DNA of 64,000 bases, taken from Octopus bimaculoides. Taxonomy: Eukaryota. Both the position numbers and the translations under genes were made by a program. The stretch lies in the NCBI RefSeq assembly GCF_001194135.2, contig NC_068986.1, positions 77,999,317 through 78,063,316 on the forward strand, written 5' to 3'. Within the stretch, counting starts at the first letter, position 1. Every line of letters starts with the position of its first letter. Below the pieces are notes generated by a model. It saw only the letters and a program-made list of their open reading frames with translations, was not told where the DNA came from and searched no databases. This document shows positions 25,246 through 37,019 of the stretch, piece after piece.

Positions 25246-25883
25246 TACCTGTATTTTATTTGATTGTGTCAGTGAATGGAATGGAATTGAAGCATATTTT
25301 TCAGTGGTATTCTTAGAATATAATAAAGATCTACATTTAAAGGCAAAAATAATAAAGAAAATCGTGATGAGACAAACAAAATGAAAATGAAAAGAGAGAG
25401 TAATTTTGTGAAAGAAAAATATAGATATGAAAGAGTAAAGTACTTACGATGGAACCGATATATTTGCACTGAGGTTTAAGAAACAACGATTTCGGAGCAC
25501 ACCAGCCCATAACTGTACACCAATTATTCCAAAAATAAAAAATACAAAAAAACAAAGCAGAAGTACATTTCCCAACATGGGGAGTGTGTCGAGCAACAGC
25601 ATTACCAATATCCGCATACCTGGAAAGCAAAGAAAAAAAGAAGAAAAAAAGAAAATAAATATGTGTAGTGGAACGTAGAGAAAACGTTTATACTAAATGC
25701 TTTGTTATTGTAATATTTTTTTAATTTTTCTTAATTCAACATGCAAGTATGTACATTTAGATAATAACATGAGTGTTTATATTGACATAGCAAGCACATT
25801 TTTTCAGATGAAATTGTACATTTTAAAACGATATTTTATATATATTCACATGAATACATATTACATATATATGTTTATATATA

Positions 25884-25924
<41 letters not shown>

Positions 25925-26288
25925 TGTGTATATNNNNNNNNNNNNNNNNNNNNNNNNNNNNNNNNNNNNNNNNNNNNNNNNNNNNNNNNNNNNNNNNNNN
26001 NNNNNNNNNNNNNNNNNNNNNNNNNNNNNNNNNNNNNNNNNNNNNNNNNNNNNNNNNNNNNNNNNNNNNNNNNNNNNNNNNNNNNNNNNNNNNNNNNNNN
26101 NNNNNNNNNNNNNNNNNNNNNNNNNNNNNNNNNNNNNNNNNNNNNNNNNNNNNNNNNNNNNNNNNNNNNNNNNNNNNNNNNNNNNNNNNNNNNNNNNNNN
26201 NNNNNNNNNNNNNNNNNNNNNNNNNNNNNNNNNNNNNNNNNNNNNNNNNNNNNNNNNNNNNNNNNNNNNNNNNNNNNNNNNNNNNNNN

Positions 26289-26319
<31 letters not shown>

Positions 26320-26771
26320 GTATGTATGTATGTATTTGCGCATATGTGTGTCTGTGTGTATACTTATGTATGTATAGATTCAAAATAATATACTTACACA
26401 TGAGTAATAAGTATGTATTTTGTTTCTCTCATCATAATTATGTGTAATCAGGAATGAATAAGTGTGTATATATGTGAGAGAGTGTGTGTATTTGCTGTAC
26501 AGCTTTCGCAGATATATAACAATTAGTGTATGCATACTTAAGACTTATAGTAAATATGGTTTTGACACACAAAGAGCAACATGTATCAGTGTGTACATTT
26601 AGATATAACAAGAATATCTGAATATTATTTTAATATCACAATAACTATATTCTTGTTGTACTATATAAAATAACTAACATAAATAATCACATATACACAT
26701 ACACATGCACACACACACACATTGTTTGATATCACACATGTATTTATGAAGATTTATAAGAAAAGTGTATA

Positions 26772-26820
<49 letters not shown>

Positions 26821-27403
26821 GTGTGCGTGAGTGAGTGTGTGTGTGTGCATGTGCATATATATATATATATATTTATTTATATATATATGTATGCATTTAT
26901 AGACATATATTATTGGTACATGCATTTATGTAGATTGATAATAAAAGTACACACATATACATATATGTGCACATATACATACATAAATGCACAGACAGAC
27001 ACACATACACATGCATTGTTGGATACAATGTATATTTTTATTTAAATTTATAACAATAGTATTTCTATAACCTCATAAAACATATTGAAAATGAATAAGG
27101 AAAAACACAAATAGTTACTTAAAAATGAAGCTATATATGTCCATATAATCGCATACAATGGTAATATGTAATTCTAATGCAAAATAAAATAGGCTATACA
27201 AAGAACAATGTTAGTAAAAACACATTAAGGTTATACACACACACACATATTTATGTATATATATATAAAAAGTTATGCTTCTTAGATATCTAAATCTCTC
27301 TATATGTACAAAAATAAATATATCACTGATCTCCCTATCTTTATAAATGCTGTGTATTTATATAATAAAAAAACATAAGCATAGTAATAATAATAATAAT
27401 AAT

Positions 27404-27610
27404 CTTTTCTGTTATAGGCACAAGGCCTGAAATTTGGAGGAAGGAGGATAGTCGAGTACATTGAGCCCAGTGTTGAACTAGTACTTAATTTATCAATCAC
27501 AAATGGCAAAGTTGACTTTGGCAGAATTTGTACTCAGAATGTGAAGATGGTTGAAATACTGCTAAGCATCTTACCTGGCATGTAAATGCTTTTGTCAACT
27601 TGCCGCTTTG
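27404..27610 (-). mobile_element. tRNA-derived SINE family 2
   Basis: Reverse complement of the family at 33203-33409. Other minus copies at ~13020-13170 and ~32045-32250. Confidence 0.75.
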
Positions 27611-27659
27611 ATGATGATGATGATGATGATGAGGAGGATGATGAGGATGATTATGGTAA

Positions 27660-28177
27660 TAATAATAATGCCCTGATGCAGTACTAAGCAGTGGCTCCCA
27701 TGGCGTCTGATCTTAACTGATTGGAAGTGTTATTATGTACATTGTTTTGTCTTGGTATAAAAAGATGTGCTACAGAAAATATTCTGCTCAATACCACAGA
27801 TTTGCTTGTCAATTTTTTACCCTAACCAGTTGAGCATGTCCCTTATTGGCTGATGATATGTGCATCTCTGATCACGAGCAGTAGTAGTGGGGATGCATCA
27901 TAGCCATGTGTTGAGAGGAATTGTTTCGAGTTTGGATAATTCACCTCTGGAAACATGAGTGTTTTGTTCATCATCCTTAAACAACCCTCATTTTGAGTGG
28001 TATGGGCTACTCGACCTGGGCCCCACCTACAAGGTCATGTGCCGTTTATCATGATATGAGATCACCATGTTGTGTACATATGGTTGTGATGCATGTGCCT
28101 GGTGTACCCTTATTAGATGGGTCGTCATGATGAGTATAATGGGCTTCATATATTTTACCCCAGTGTCACTTTGATGG
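27660..28177 (-). mobile_element. Unclassified ~520-bp dispersed repeat with (ATT)n end, copy 1
   Basis: Reverse-complement homology along its length to 43550-44090; both copies end in GTATCAGGGCAT/GCATCAGGGCAT followed by (TAT)n. Confidence 0.75.
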
Positions 28178-28526
28178 CATGCACAGTTTGTGACAGACCA
28201 TGCATTTCTTTTGCTGGGTTCAGATTTCATTTGCAGACCCCTGTAAAACGAACCTCCAACAGCTACTCTGCCTATATATCTGTGCACACCTTTCAATACC
28301 GTGTATGCCATAAGGTCTGCAAATCTAACGGAGGCCTCAAAAGACATTTTAAGATCCACACAGATCAGAACTTAACTGCAGCTCTTGGTGGCGCAAATCA
28401 GAAATGCAATCTATGTGGGTGCCTTTTCAATACATTGGTTTAAAAAAACCACATCAGATGCCATGATAGATCTAAAGCGTAAGTACAAGAGGTGGTCAGA
28501 CTCTGCATAAGGAGTAAACAAGCACC
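28178..28526 (+). mobile_element. RTE-BovB-like LINE 3' end encoding tandem C2H2-like fingers
   Basis: CTVCDRPCISFAGFRFHLQTP, YRVCHKVCKSNGGLKRHFKIH and CNLCGCLFNTLV..KNHIRCH, then 3' UTR GGTGGTCAGACTCTGCATAAGGAGTAAACAAGCACC-(AT)n. This UTR also follows a BovB-type RT at 42196-42240. Confidence 0.8.
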
Positions 28527-28550
28527 ATATATATATATATATATATATAT

Positions 28551-28900
28551 AGTTGGAATTTACAAAAAACAAACAAAACAAAAGGCGAAGACGGGTGTGA
28601 AACCAACAAACAAATGTATTAGTTTAATGCTTGGGAAGTGAGAAAGTCTTTTATGTTTCGAGCCTACACTCTTCAACAGAAAGGAACACAAATAAACAGA
28701 GAGAAAAAATAAAAACGATTTAGTGGGTAGCGACCAATCATGCCGAATGTTGGACAGAGGTGGTCAGACAGGAGAGCTAGGAGGAAGGGGCGATAATAAA
28801 GTAGTGGTGATCCCAAAACGAAGGTGTGTGTGCATGTGTATGTGAGAGCATGTATGTGAGTGTGGATAGGGGCTGGTGACCTTGACGTGTGCATGTGTGC
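28551..28900 (-). mobile_element. Hammerhead-bearing PLE-like terminal repeat, family A, longest copy
   Basis: Contains the HHR-like motif at 28648-28683 and a ~95-nt T-rich tail ending ...GTAAATTCCAACT-(AT)n. Homologous to 12000-12180, 12330-12485, 41010-41108 and 41490-41589. Confidence 0.7.
28648..28683 (-). ncRNA. Minimal hammerhead-like motif, variant-core family A
   Basis: Minus strand reads CTTT-CTGTTGA-A-GAGT-GTAG-GCTC-GAA-ACAT-A|AAAG. Confidence 0.7.
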
Positions 28901-29579
28901 ATGTCTAGGTGTGTGGATGATGGTGTGGGTGCTGGGAAGTGGTCAGTGCTAGTGTGCATGGGGTGGTGTGATGTGGAGTGGTGTGGTGTGGTGGTCTGAT
29001 GTGATGGGTGTGGTGATGGGTAGAGTGGGTGTGTATGGGGTGGTGGTGTTGGGGTGTGGGGAGACAAGTATATAGGTATATATATGTATTTATATATATA
29101 TATATGTCTGTATGTAGGTATATATATATGTGTATGTATACATATACATACACACACACACACACACACACACATATGTATGTATATATATAAACATATA
29201 TTAAGACTGAATATGTTTATCATTGTTTTGATTTTCATTATTCTGTGTGATGGCCTGGTGATTTATCATTATCCTTTTAATGTTCACATTTCCATGCTTG
29301 CATGAATCAGACAGAGTTTATTGAGGCAGATTTCTATGGCTCAATGCCTTTACTGTCACCAACCCTCACCTGATTCCAAGCAAGGTAATATTTCCTCATA
29401 GGCAAACATGTTTTTGCAGAATATTGGAAGTAAATGATGCTGGTTGTATGATAATGATGCTTATTTACATGATATGTCAAGACAAGGAGACAAAAACATA
29501 CACACACTCACATCCACATATACATATATACACACAATATGTAGATATATACAAATACATATATGTATATTTTTAATAA

Positions 29580-29614
<35 letters not shown>

Positions 29615-29626
29615 CATATATCAATA

Positions 29627-30003
29627 TCGTTGTGGCACTCAGTCAGTAATGACGATGAGGATTCTAGTTGATCCGATCAACGGAACAGCCTGCTCGTGAA
29701 ATTAATGTGTAAGTGACTGAGTACACCACAAACATGTGTACCCTTAATGTAGTTCTCAGGGAGATTCAACGTGACACAGTGTGTGACAAGGCTGGCTCTT
29801 TGAAATACAGGTACAACAGAAACAGGAAGTAAGAGTGAGAGAAAGTTGTGGTGAAAGAGTACAGCAGAGCTGCCCCCCCCCTACCGAAGTCACGTGGAGC
29901 TTTAGGTGTTTTTGCTCAATAAATTCTCACAACGCCCGGTCTGGAATCAAAACCGCAATCCCACAACCGGGCGTCCACTGCCCTAATCATTGGACAATTG
30001 CAC
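29627..30003 (-). mobile_element. tRNA-derived SINE family 3
   Basis: The minus strand starts GGTGCAATTGTCCAATGATTAGGGCAGTGGAC (A-box-like) and GCGGTTTTGATTCCAGACCGGG (B-box-like), then TTATTGAGCAAAAACACCT, and ends ...GATCGGATCAACTAGAATCCTCATCGTC...GAGTGCCACAAC. Confidence 0.7.
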
Positions 30004-30033
30004 CTTCACATACATCAATATATATATATATAT

Positions 30034-30556
30034 CATCATCATCATCATCATCATCATCGTTTAACGTCCGCTTTCCATGCTAGCATGGGTTGGACGACTT
30101 GACTGAGGACTGGTGAAACCGGATGGCAACACCAGGCTCCAATCTAAATTTGGCAGAGTTTCTACATCTGGATGCCCTTCCTAATGCCAACCACTCAGAG
30201 AGTGTAGTAGGTGCTTTTACGTGCCACCTGCACGAAGGCCAGTCACGCGGTACTGGCAATGGCCATGCTCAAAATGGTGCATCGTATGTGCCACCCGCAC
30301 AAGAACCAGTCCAGGGGCACTGGCAACGATCTTACTTGGCTTGCTGGGTCTTCTCACGCACAGCACATTTCCAAAGGTCTCGGTCAGTAGTCATCGCCTC
30401 GGTGAGGCCCAATGTATGAAGGTCTTGCCTCACCACTTCAGCCCAGGTCTTCCTGGGCCTACCTCTTCCACGGGTTCCCTCAACTGTTAGGGTGTGGCAC
30501 TTTTTCACGCAGCTATCCTCATCCATTCTCACCACATGTCCATACCAGCGCAATTG
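30034..30556 (-). mobile_element. 5'-truncated RTE LINE: ORF2 C-terminus, 3' UTR and (GAT)n tail
   Basis: QLRWYGHVVRMDEDSCVKKCHTLTVEGTRGRGRPRKTWAEVVRQDL...DRDLWK carries the classic RTE C-terminal motifs and is contiguous with the abundant tail. Confidence 0.92.
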
Positions 30557-33202
30557 ATGTATATCAATATATGCATATATATATATGTGTGTGTGTATAT
30601 GTATGTGTGTATGTGTATATGATGATTGCCACTTCTTTACAGAAGAAGGCAATCTCTTCAATTAATAAATACTGTCATGAGATCTTATAAGAGTACAAGT
30701 CTTGAAAAACAAACTCTACTGCAGATCTTATAAATATTTTTAAGCAGAAATATATACACACACATACATGCACAATAAGCTTGTTTCAATTTCCATCTAT
30801 CAGACTCATTCACAAAGCTTTGGTGAGATCGAGCTGTTAGTAGAAGACAAGGTGACATGCTCTGGGGCTGAACCAAAGGCTGGAAAGCAAGCTATATATC
30901 CTCCTTTAATACTAAGCTTTATACCAATAGGATTTCTCGCAGGAAAAGATGGGGAAATCTTTTAACTGGATTTCAATAAGATTTGAAGTTAGATTTTATT
31001 TCCTTAACATGATTTTGTAAGATGGCCATGACATTTTTCAGAGCCTCTGGGACTAGTAAGATGAAGGACAGTGTCTATGACCTTTTCAAGGCCCTCTAAG
31101 ACAGGTGGAAAGAAATTTAATGCTGGAAATATATCATAAAAAACTAGTCTCTGTGGTTCCATAAAGTAAATAGCAGTCATATACTGGGGGTTATTATAAT
31201 TGATTGATTTTTTCTCTAAAATTTCTGAACTTGTGCTTAAATTAGAAATTTAGAAATTAAAATACAGAACTAATTATCATAATTTCTCATATGAAGAAGT
31301 ATTTAAATTACATTTGAGAAAATGAATGAGAAAGAATTAGTAATGGTTTTACAGATGAAATAAATGAAAATGTCTTTTAAACAATTTTTCTTTCTGTATT
31401 ATTCTTAAGCAACAAAACTAAATTTCAAACAAAGGCCTATTTGATAAAACCCTTACTTTCTCTTTTGACTGCTCAAAGTTCATGGTGAGAGAAGCAAGTA
31501 TCTTTGTAAAGCTATCAAATACCCACCACCCAAAAAAGATTAAAATAAAATTATAAATTCTTATTTTCTTAAGATTAACATTTATGCATATAATTAGTTG
31601 AAAAGCACTGCCTCAAGAAAAGCTGCTGTGAAAGTGGATGTGGTTTTCCCCATGAACTTTAAAATGTTCTAGAAATCAAGCAGGAATACTGAGAAAGAGT
31701 ATTACTAATTGTTAATCTAGTACCATCCTCCAGGAATTTAACTGGCAACAAAATTTAGTTGCACCAAAGCTCAGTTCAGTGCTGTGAAGCATTCAATCTG
31801 TATCAAATAATCCTGTATGATTGAAGTTTACTCTAGTAAGGGCCCTTGCATTTCTTTTATGTCATACAATTTTTCTGGGTGCCTCCAACAAAATAAACAT
31901 ATAAAGAAACCACAATAGCATCTTGTAAGGTATATTATTATTACCACCAGTATGTTAAATGCTAGAAATAACAAACTATAACCTCTATGCATAAATCATC
32001 TAAGTCTAAGGATTTCTGTTGGACAGGCTCAAACACATATTGGTTTCAAATTTTGGCACAAGGCCAGAAATTTGAGGGGATGAGGTAAGTTGATTACATC
32101 AACCCCAAGTTCTCAGCTGGTACTTATTTTATCAACCCTGAAAAAAATGACAGGTAAAGTCGGCCTCAGTAGAATTTGAACTCAGAACATAAAGACAGAT
32201 GAAATGCCACTAAATATTTTGCCTGGCATATTAATAATTTTGCTAGCTCCAACTATCACAAGATGTCAAGACAAAGAGACACAAGCAAGCACATTCCCAA
32301 CACACACACACACAACACACTTTGATTGGCCTGAGGTTGTACTAGAAGACACTTGCCCAAGGTGCCACTGAACCCAGAACCATATGGCTGGAAGGCAAAC
32401 ACATATACTTAATGTTTACTGTTTCAGTTCACACATTGCCTATGACTCATGAATTTTTGCATCATATTTTAGTCTGTCATTAAAATGTGTTTATAAACAT
32501 GTTTAGAATAAGATGCTAAAATCAATTTCCTGCTCATCTCACCTACACAATTTCAAAATGTACATAAAAATAAAACACCACTCTATCATTTATCTATCTT
32601 CACCAAACTTAATGTTAGGATGTCAAAACCCTAAAATATATCTCAGGGAAATTGCAGTTAGCCTGTTTCAAACTATGCCATATTACCTGCTGCTGCAGCA
32701 GCAGTCATCACTACCAAAAGAGGCCGGATAGCAACCAAGATAAAACGATGCCTTGAAAGCTAAAATTGCACCTGAAACAACTAAATATTTCAACACATAA
32801 TGTGCAACAGAGTCTAAGACTGAAACAGAGAAACACACCATATCTGGTCTGCTGGTTGATAAAATTAGTATCGGCTGAGCATTGGGGTTGATGTAATCAA
32901 CCTACCTACTTCTAGCATAATGGATGTCCACTTAGTGGTCATCCCTCTTATATGTATGCAATATAATTTTTCTGAATCTTCAGATTTTTTCAATATGCCC
33001 GGCCACTGGTTTTAAATTGATATTAATCAAATTAATATTCAATTTTTCACCCTACTTATTTAAATTTATATATATATATCAACATACATAAAAAAAAGTC
33101 ATTGCCACATCATTTTATGTTCTTTTCCTCTAGTACTACCACAAGTTGAACCAATCTCATATCTCAGTATTTATTAGTCTTGCCATTATTAGCTGTTATC
33201 TA

Positions 33203-33409
33203 AGGTGGCAAGCTGGCAGAATTGTTAGCATACTGGACAAAATGCTTAGTGGTATTTCGCCTGTCACAGCATTGTGAGTTCAAATTACATTGAGGTTGAC
33301 TTTGCCTTTCATCCTTTCGGGGGTCAATAAATTAAACACAGGGGTCAATGTAATCGATTATCCCCCTCCCCTAAATTTCAGGCCTTGTGTCTATAGTAGA
33401 AAAGATTAT
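33203..33409 (+). mobile_element. tRNA-derived SINE family 2 (possibly Meta-domain type)
   Basis: GGTGGCAAGCTGGCAGAATTGTTAGC (A-box-like), GAGTTCAAATT (B-box-like), central GTTGACTTTGCCTTTCATCCTTTCGGGGGTCAATAAATTAA. Other + copies at ~34650-34862, 36289-36510, 44356-44565 and 45269-45490. The superfamily assignment is from memory. Confidence 0.8.
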
Positions 33410-34339
33410 CACCTGTCATTTGTGTTTCCACTCCCTTGGCTATGGTCTTTTATCTTCAAATCTTTTGTGATATTTCATTGTTTTGTAAATGCAAAAATAG
33501 AGTAAAACTGTCTCACTGTACCATAAGGCATAAGTTGTACCACTTCTTATTCAAAGTCTCTACTCACCGTGATGGATAGAGTGCAATGCAGCTTGGGAAC
33601 TTTACATTTCATTTGTACACACAAGCATGCATAAATACAAAAGAAAAACTACAGTCTTCACTTAGAACCCTGATTGATTTGGTAATTTCATATCATGCTT
33701 TTGGTAATTGTTTTAGGTGCTGGTGTTGTCATGAGCAGAAATAAGCATCTTCTTGATCCTTCCACTTCTGAATCAGGAGTGGAAGAATGTTGCTGCTGGA
33801 AGGAGAGAGAACTGTATCAGCACTCAGCAGGTATTGATTTCAGCTGAGCAAACTGGGACAATGTGAAATAAAGTACCTTGCTGAAGGACACAATGTGTTA
33901 CTTTGTCCAAGAATTGAACACACGTCCTAACCACTAGGCTATGTAATGCACCAGTAAACCTCAACCATCTCCCTATGCTACAAGTGAACTAAATTATATG
34001 AGTATCTGTATTTAAACTGTGAAATTTAGAAGTACCCTACCTTAAAGTTGTGTCTTTGAAGCATTCCATATTACTGTTAGTCATCACTGAAAATAGGGAA
34101 GAGCTTTAGCCCATCCCTCTTAATTATTAAGAAAGATAAGGCGTATAAAAATAAGCTAAACTGATGTATGCTGGGTCTACAGAAACATGCCTAAAAATAT
34201 GTAGCTAAAAGTATTAGGACCTTCCATAAAATAAAGATTAGTAGATAAAAGGCATTTGAGTATGAATAAAATGAAGTGTATAAGTTCAATCCTTTGAAGA
34301 AAATGGAGTTTCTCTGAAGGAGCTTTGAAATAATGTTAC

Positions 34340-34625
34340 TTGACAGGGTATGTAGCTTAGAGATAGGGATTCTCTCCAGACTGAGCTGCTACTTCTCTGT
34401 ATTGGAAGATTACAGCTCAGGTACCACAGATACATGGTTAGAATGCTGCAGGAAAGGACTGCAAGATAGATTCTTTAAGCCAGGCCAACTAGCAAGAGAC
34501 CTAGGGGTACATCATGAATGAGATGTTTGGATAATATCCATAATCTCAGATAGTCATGCTTGAGAATCCAGCAGGAAAGTTTAAAGACATTTGTTTCTGA
34601 TAGGATCTTGTGGAGGCAGTACATA
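34340..34625 (+). mobile_element. Decayed RTE (Rex3/Expander-like) ORF2 C-terminus
   Basis: LLLLCIGRLQLRYHRYMVRMLQERTAR and ARPTSKRPRGTS*MRCLDNI...SDRILWR resemble LLLRIERSQLRW.GH..RM and RPRGRPRTRW.D.I...DR..WR. Confidence 0.65.
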
Positions 34626-34891
34626 GTAACAGGTACAGAGGAAAAAGGTGGTGAGCTGGCAGAATTATTATCACCCTGGGTGAAATGTTTAGCGGCATTT
34701 CATCCATCTTTACATTCTGAGTTCAAATTCTGCTGAGATCAACTTTGCCTTCATCCTTTCAGGGTCAATAAATTAAGTACCAGTGAAACACTGGAGTTGA
34801 TATAATCGACTTACCCCTCTCCCTGAAATTGCTGGACTTGTGCCAACATTGGAAACCAATATTTAGACAGAAACAAGTAAAAAAGTATATA

Positions 34892-35054
34892 GGCACAGGA
34901 GTGGCTGTGTGGTAAGTAGTTTGCTAACCAACCACATGGTTCCGGGTTCAGTCCCACTGCGTGGCACCTTGGGCAAGTGTCTTCTACTATAGCCTCGGAC
35001 CGACCAAAGCCTTGTGAGTGGATTTGGTAGATGGAAACTGAAAGAAGCCCGTTG

Positions 35055-35091
<37 letters not shown>

Positions 35092-35300
35092 TTGTGTGTC
35101 TGTGTTTGTCCCCCTAGCATTGCTTGACAACCGATGCTGGTGTGTTTACATCCCCGTCACTTAGCGGTTCGGCAAAAGAGACTGATAAAATAAGTACTAG
35201 GCTTACAAAGAATAAGTCCTGGGGTCGATTTGCTCGACTAAAGGCGGTGCTCCAGCATGGCCACAGTCAAATGACTGAAACAAATAAAAGAGTAAAAGAG
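34892..35300 (+). mobile_element. tRNA-derived SINE family 1, best-preserved full-length copy
   Basis: GGCACAGGAGTGGCTGTGTGGTAAG...CCGGGTTCAGTCCCA...CTTGGGCAAGTGTC...(TA)n(TG)n...CAGCATGGCCACAGTCAAATGACTGAAAC-AAATAAAAGAGTAAAAGAG. Further fragments at ~1210-1380, 6270-6500, 7015-7175, 10795-11050, 30750-30900, 32320-32400, 51540-51705, 51825-51990 and 60550-60690. Confidence 0.9.
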
Positions 35301-36801
35301 TGTTGTCTTGTCATTATCATAGTCATTAATATCCGGTTTTCATTTTTGCATGGGTCAGATGGAATTTATCAAAGATTTTCTGCAGGGAGTTCAGTTCTAC
35401 CTTCTATAGTATCTTTCAATAACTTACAATAGGAAAAGGAGGGTTGAAGGTCATTGCCCCAAGCGCTGAGTTTTAAAGTTATCTCTGATCGTCAAACCAT
35501 TCTTGATAAAATCTCAGTTCTGTTAAATTTTATCAGATTTAATTAGACTTGTTATACTTCGTTCTGAAAGGTGACAACATAAATTTGTTTTTGTGAAAAT
35601 GTTTTCTGTGTATAACACTCTCTGAAAGATCGTAGTTTTAACAGTGGTTGAGTAAGTAGCCTTTGTCAGTTCTAATTAAAACAACAACAATAACAGAACA
35701 AACAGATGACAGGCGACATTGAGGTTACTAGAGAGGCTGAAATGTTTGCCATTCTCATCAAGTTACAGCAGCAAATCTTTCTTTCAATCATATCCTGACT
35801 AAATTACTTTGGATACTACCGCTTTACTACATTTCACCCATAATTTAAACAACTAGTAACTATCATATTTCTACTCTGTGCATGAGAGCCAATGAATTAA
35901 GCCAATGAATCAAGCCAATGAAAATGCCTGTATGTGGTCATTGGACCTGCTAGCAGTAGCAGCCAAATCTCAATCAATTTTTTTCTTATAAAGGATGGAC
36001 ACCATGGATAATATTATTCTTATGTGTGGAAAGAAAAATATAAAAGATTGCATCGTTGTCGTTGGAACCTCTTTGATCATAAATCTCCTTGATTTGTATT
36101 GATAAGAGGATAAACAGCAACCATAGAGAATTCTACAATATCTATGCTGTAGCCATATTTGCTAAAACCACAGCTTACAGCTCTTATAAAAGTCAGTGAG
36201 AGACGTTTTCTGTTGCCAAACAAGTGTAAGAAAAAATTCAGAGTGCAAAAACATCTCAGCCTTTGTTGCTCTCCATATTCATTTTAGGGTGGTGAGCTGG
36301 CAGAATAATTAGCATACCTGGCAAAATGTTGTTAAGCATTTTGTCTGTCTTTATGTTCTGAGTTCAAATTCCACTGAGTTCAACTTTGCCTTTCATCCTT
36401 TTGTGCTTGATAAAATAAAGAACTAGTTGAGTACAGTGGGTGGTGTTATGTTATCGACTTATCCTCTCACACTAAATTGCTGGCCTGGTGCCAAAATTTG
36501 AAAACAATATTTAACTGCATTTTCTAACATTCAAATCAAGCAGTTTGTAAGAAAAAGCGATTTACTTCCGTTTTAATTTTTCTAGCTCTCCTCTCTACAC
36601 ACAGATTCAAGCATGCATCATTGGGGTTCCCTAATTACAATTTCTGGCTCAGCTGATGAATGCACTAACTTAATTACTCTCTAAGACTCATGAAAATGAA
36701 TCATTATTTCAAAACAGCAAGCTCTTGAACTGTCCTCCAGTTTCAGAAAATTCTTTAATTACTTCATATTTGATAAACATTTACTCTAAGACAAATATGG
36801 G

Positions 36802-37019
36802 TGGAGGGGTACTGAAAAGTTCCTGGCTTTGGGTTAAAGAAAATGCAGGAGGATCAGTTAATTTATGATTTATCCAATATATTCCCCTCTCAGATTCATA
36901 CACTAATAACAACTGTCCTTCACTTTTTGTAAGCCCTGTAAAATAACATGGAAGGTTGGACCTTCAACTAGGCCTTTCACAATACCCTTAAAGCCAAGAA
37001 CTTTTCAGCACTCTTTGTA
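36802..37019. mobile_element. Tc1/mariner-type MITE, copy 3
   Basis: GAGGGGTACTGAAAAGTTCCTGGCTTT...AAAGCCAAGAACTTTTCAGCACTC. Confidence 0.8.

Noticed and set aside
28117-28443. Apparent host C2H2 zinc-finger gene
   Set aside because: It lacks TGEKP linkers, its start lies in another repeat, and it ends in a LINE 3' UTR shared with RT-bearing copies, so it is treated as a retroelement.
33717-33830. 114-nt AG...GT-bounded open segment (AGVVMSRNKHLLDPSTSESGVEECCCWKERELYQHSA)
   Set aside because: The donor falls inside an antisense SINE-like fragment, and there is no homology or neighbouring exon.
34892-34965. tRNA-like A/B boxes, here and in other SINE heads
   Set aside because: There is no complete cloverleaf, and the boxes continue directly into SINE bodies, so these are not tRNA genes.
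36653-36706. CTGATGA...CAT-GAA-AATGAATCATT-A possible hammerhead
   Set aside because: Helix II is only 3 bp and helix I essentially absent, which is compatible with chance.
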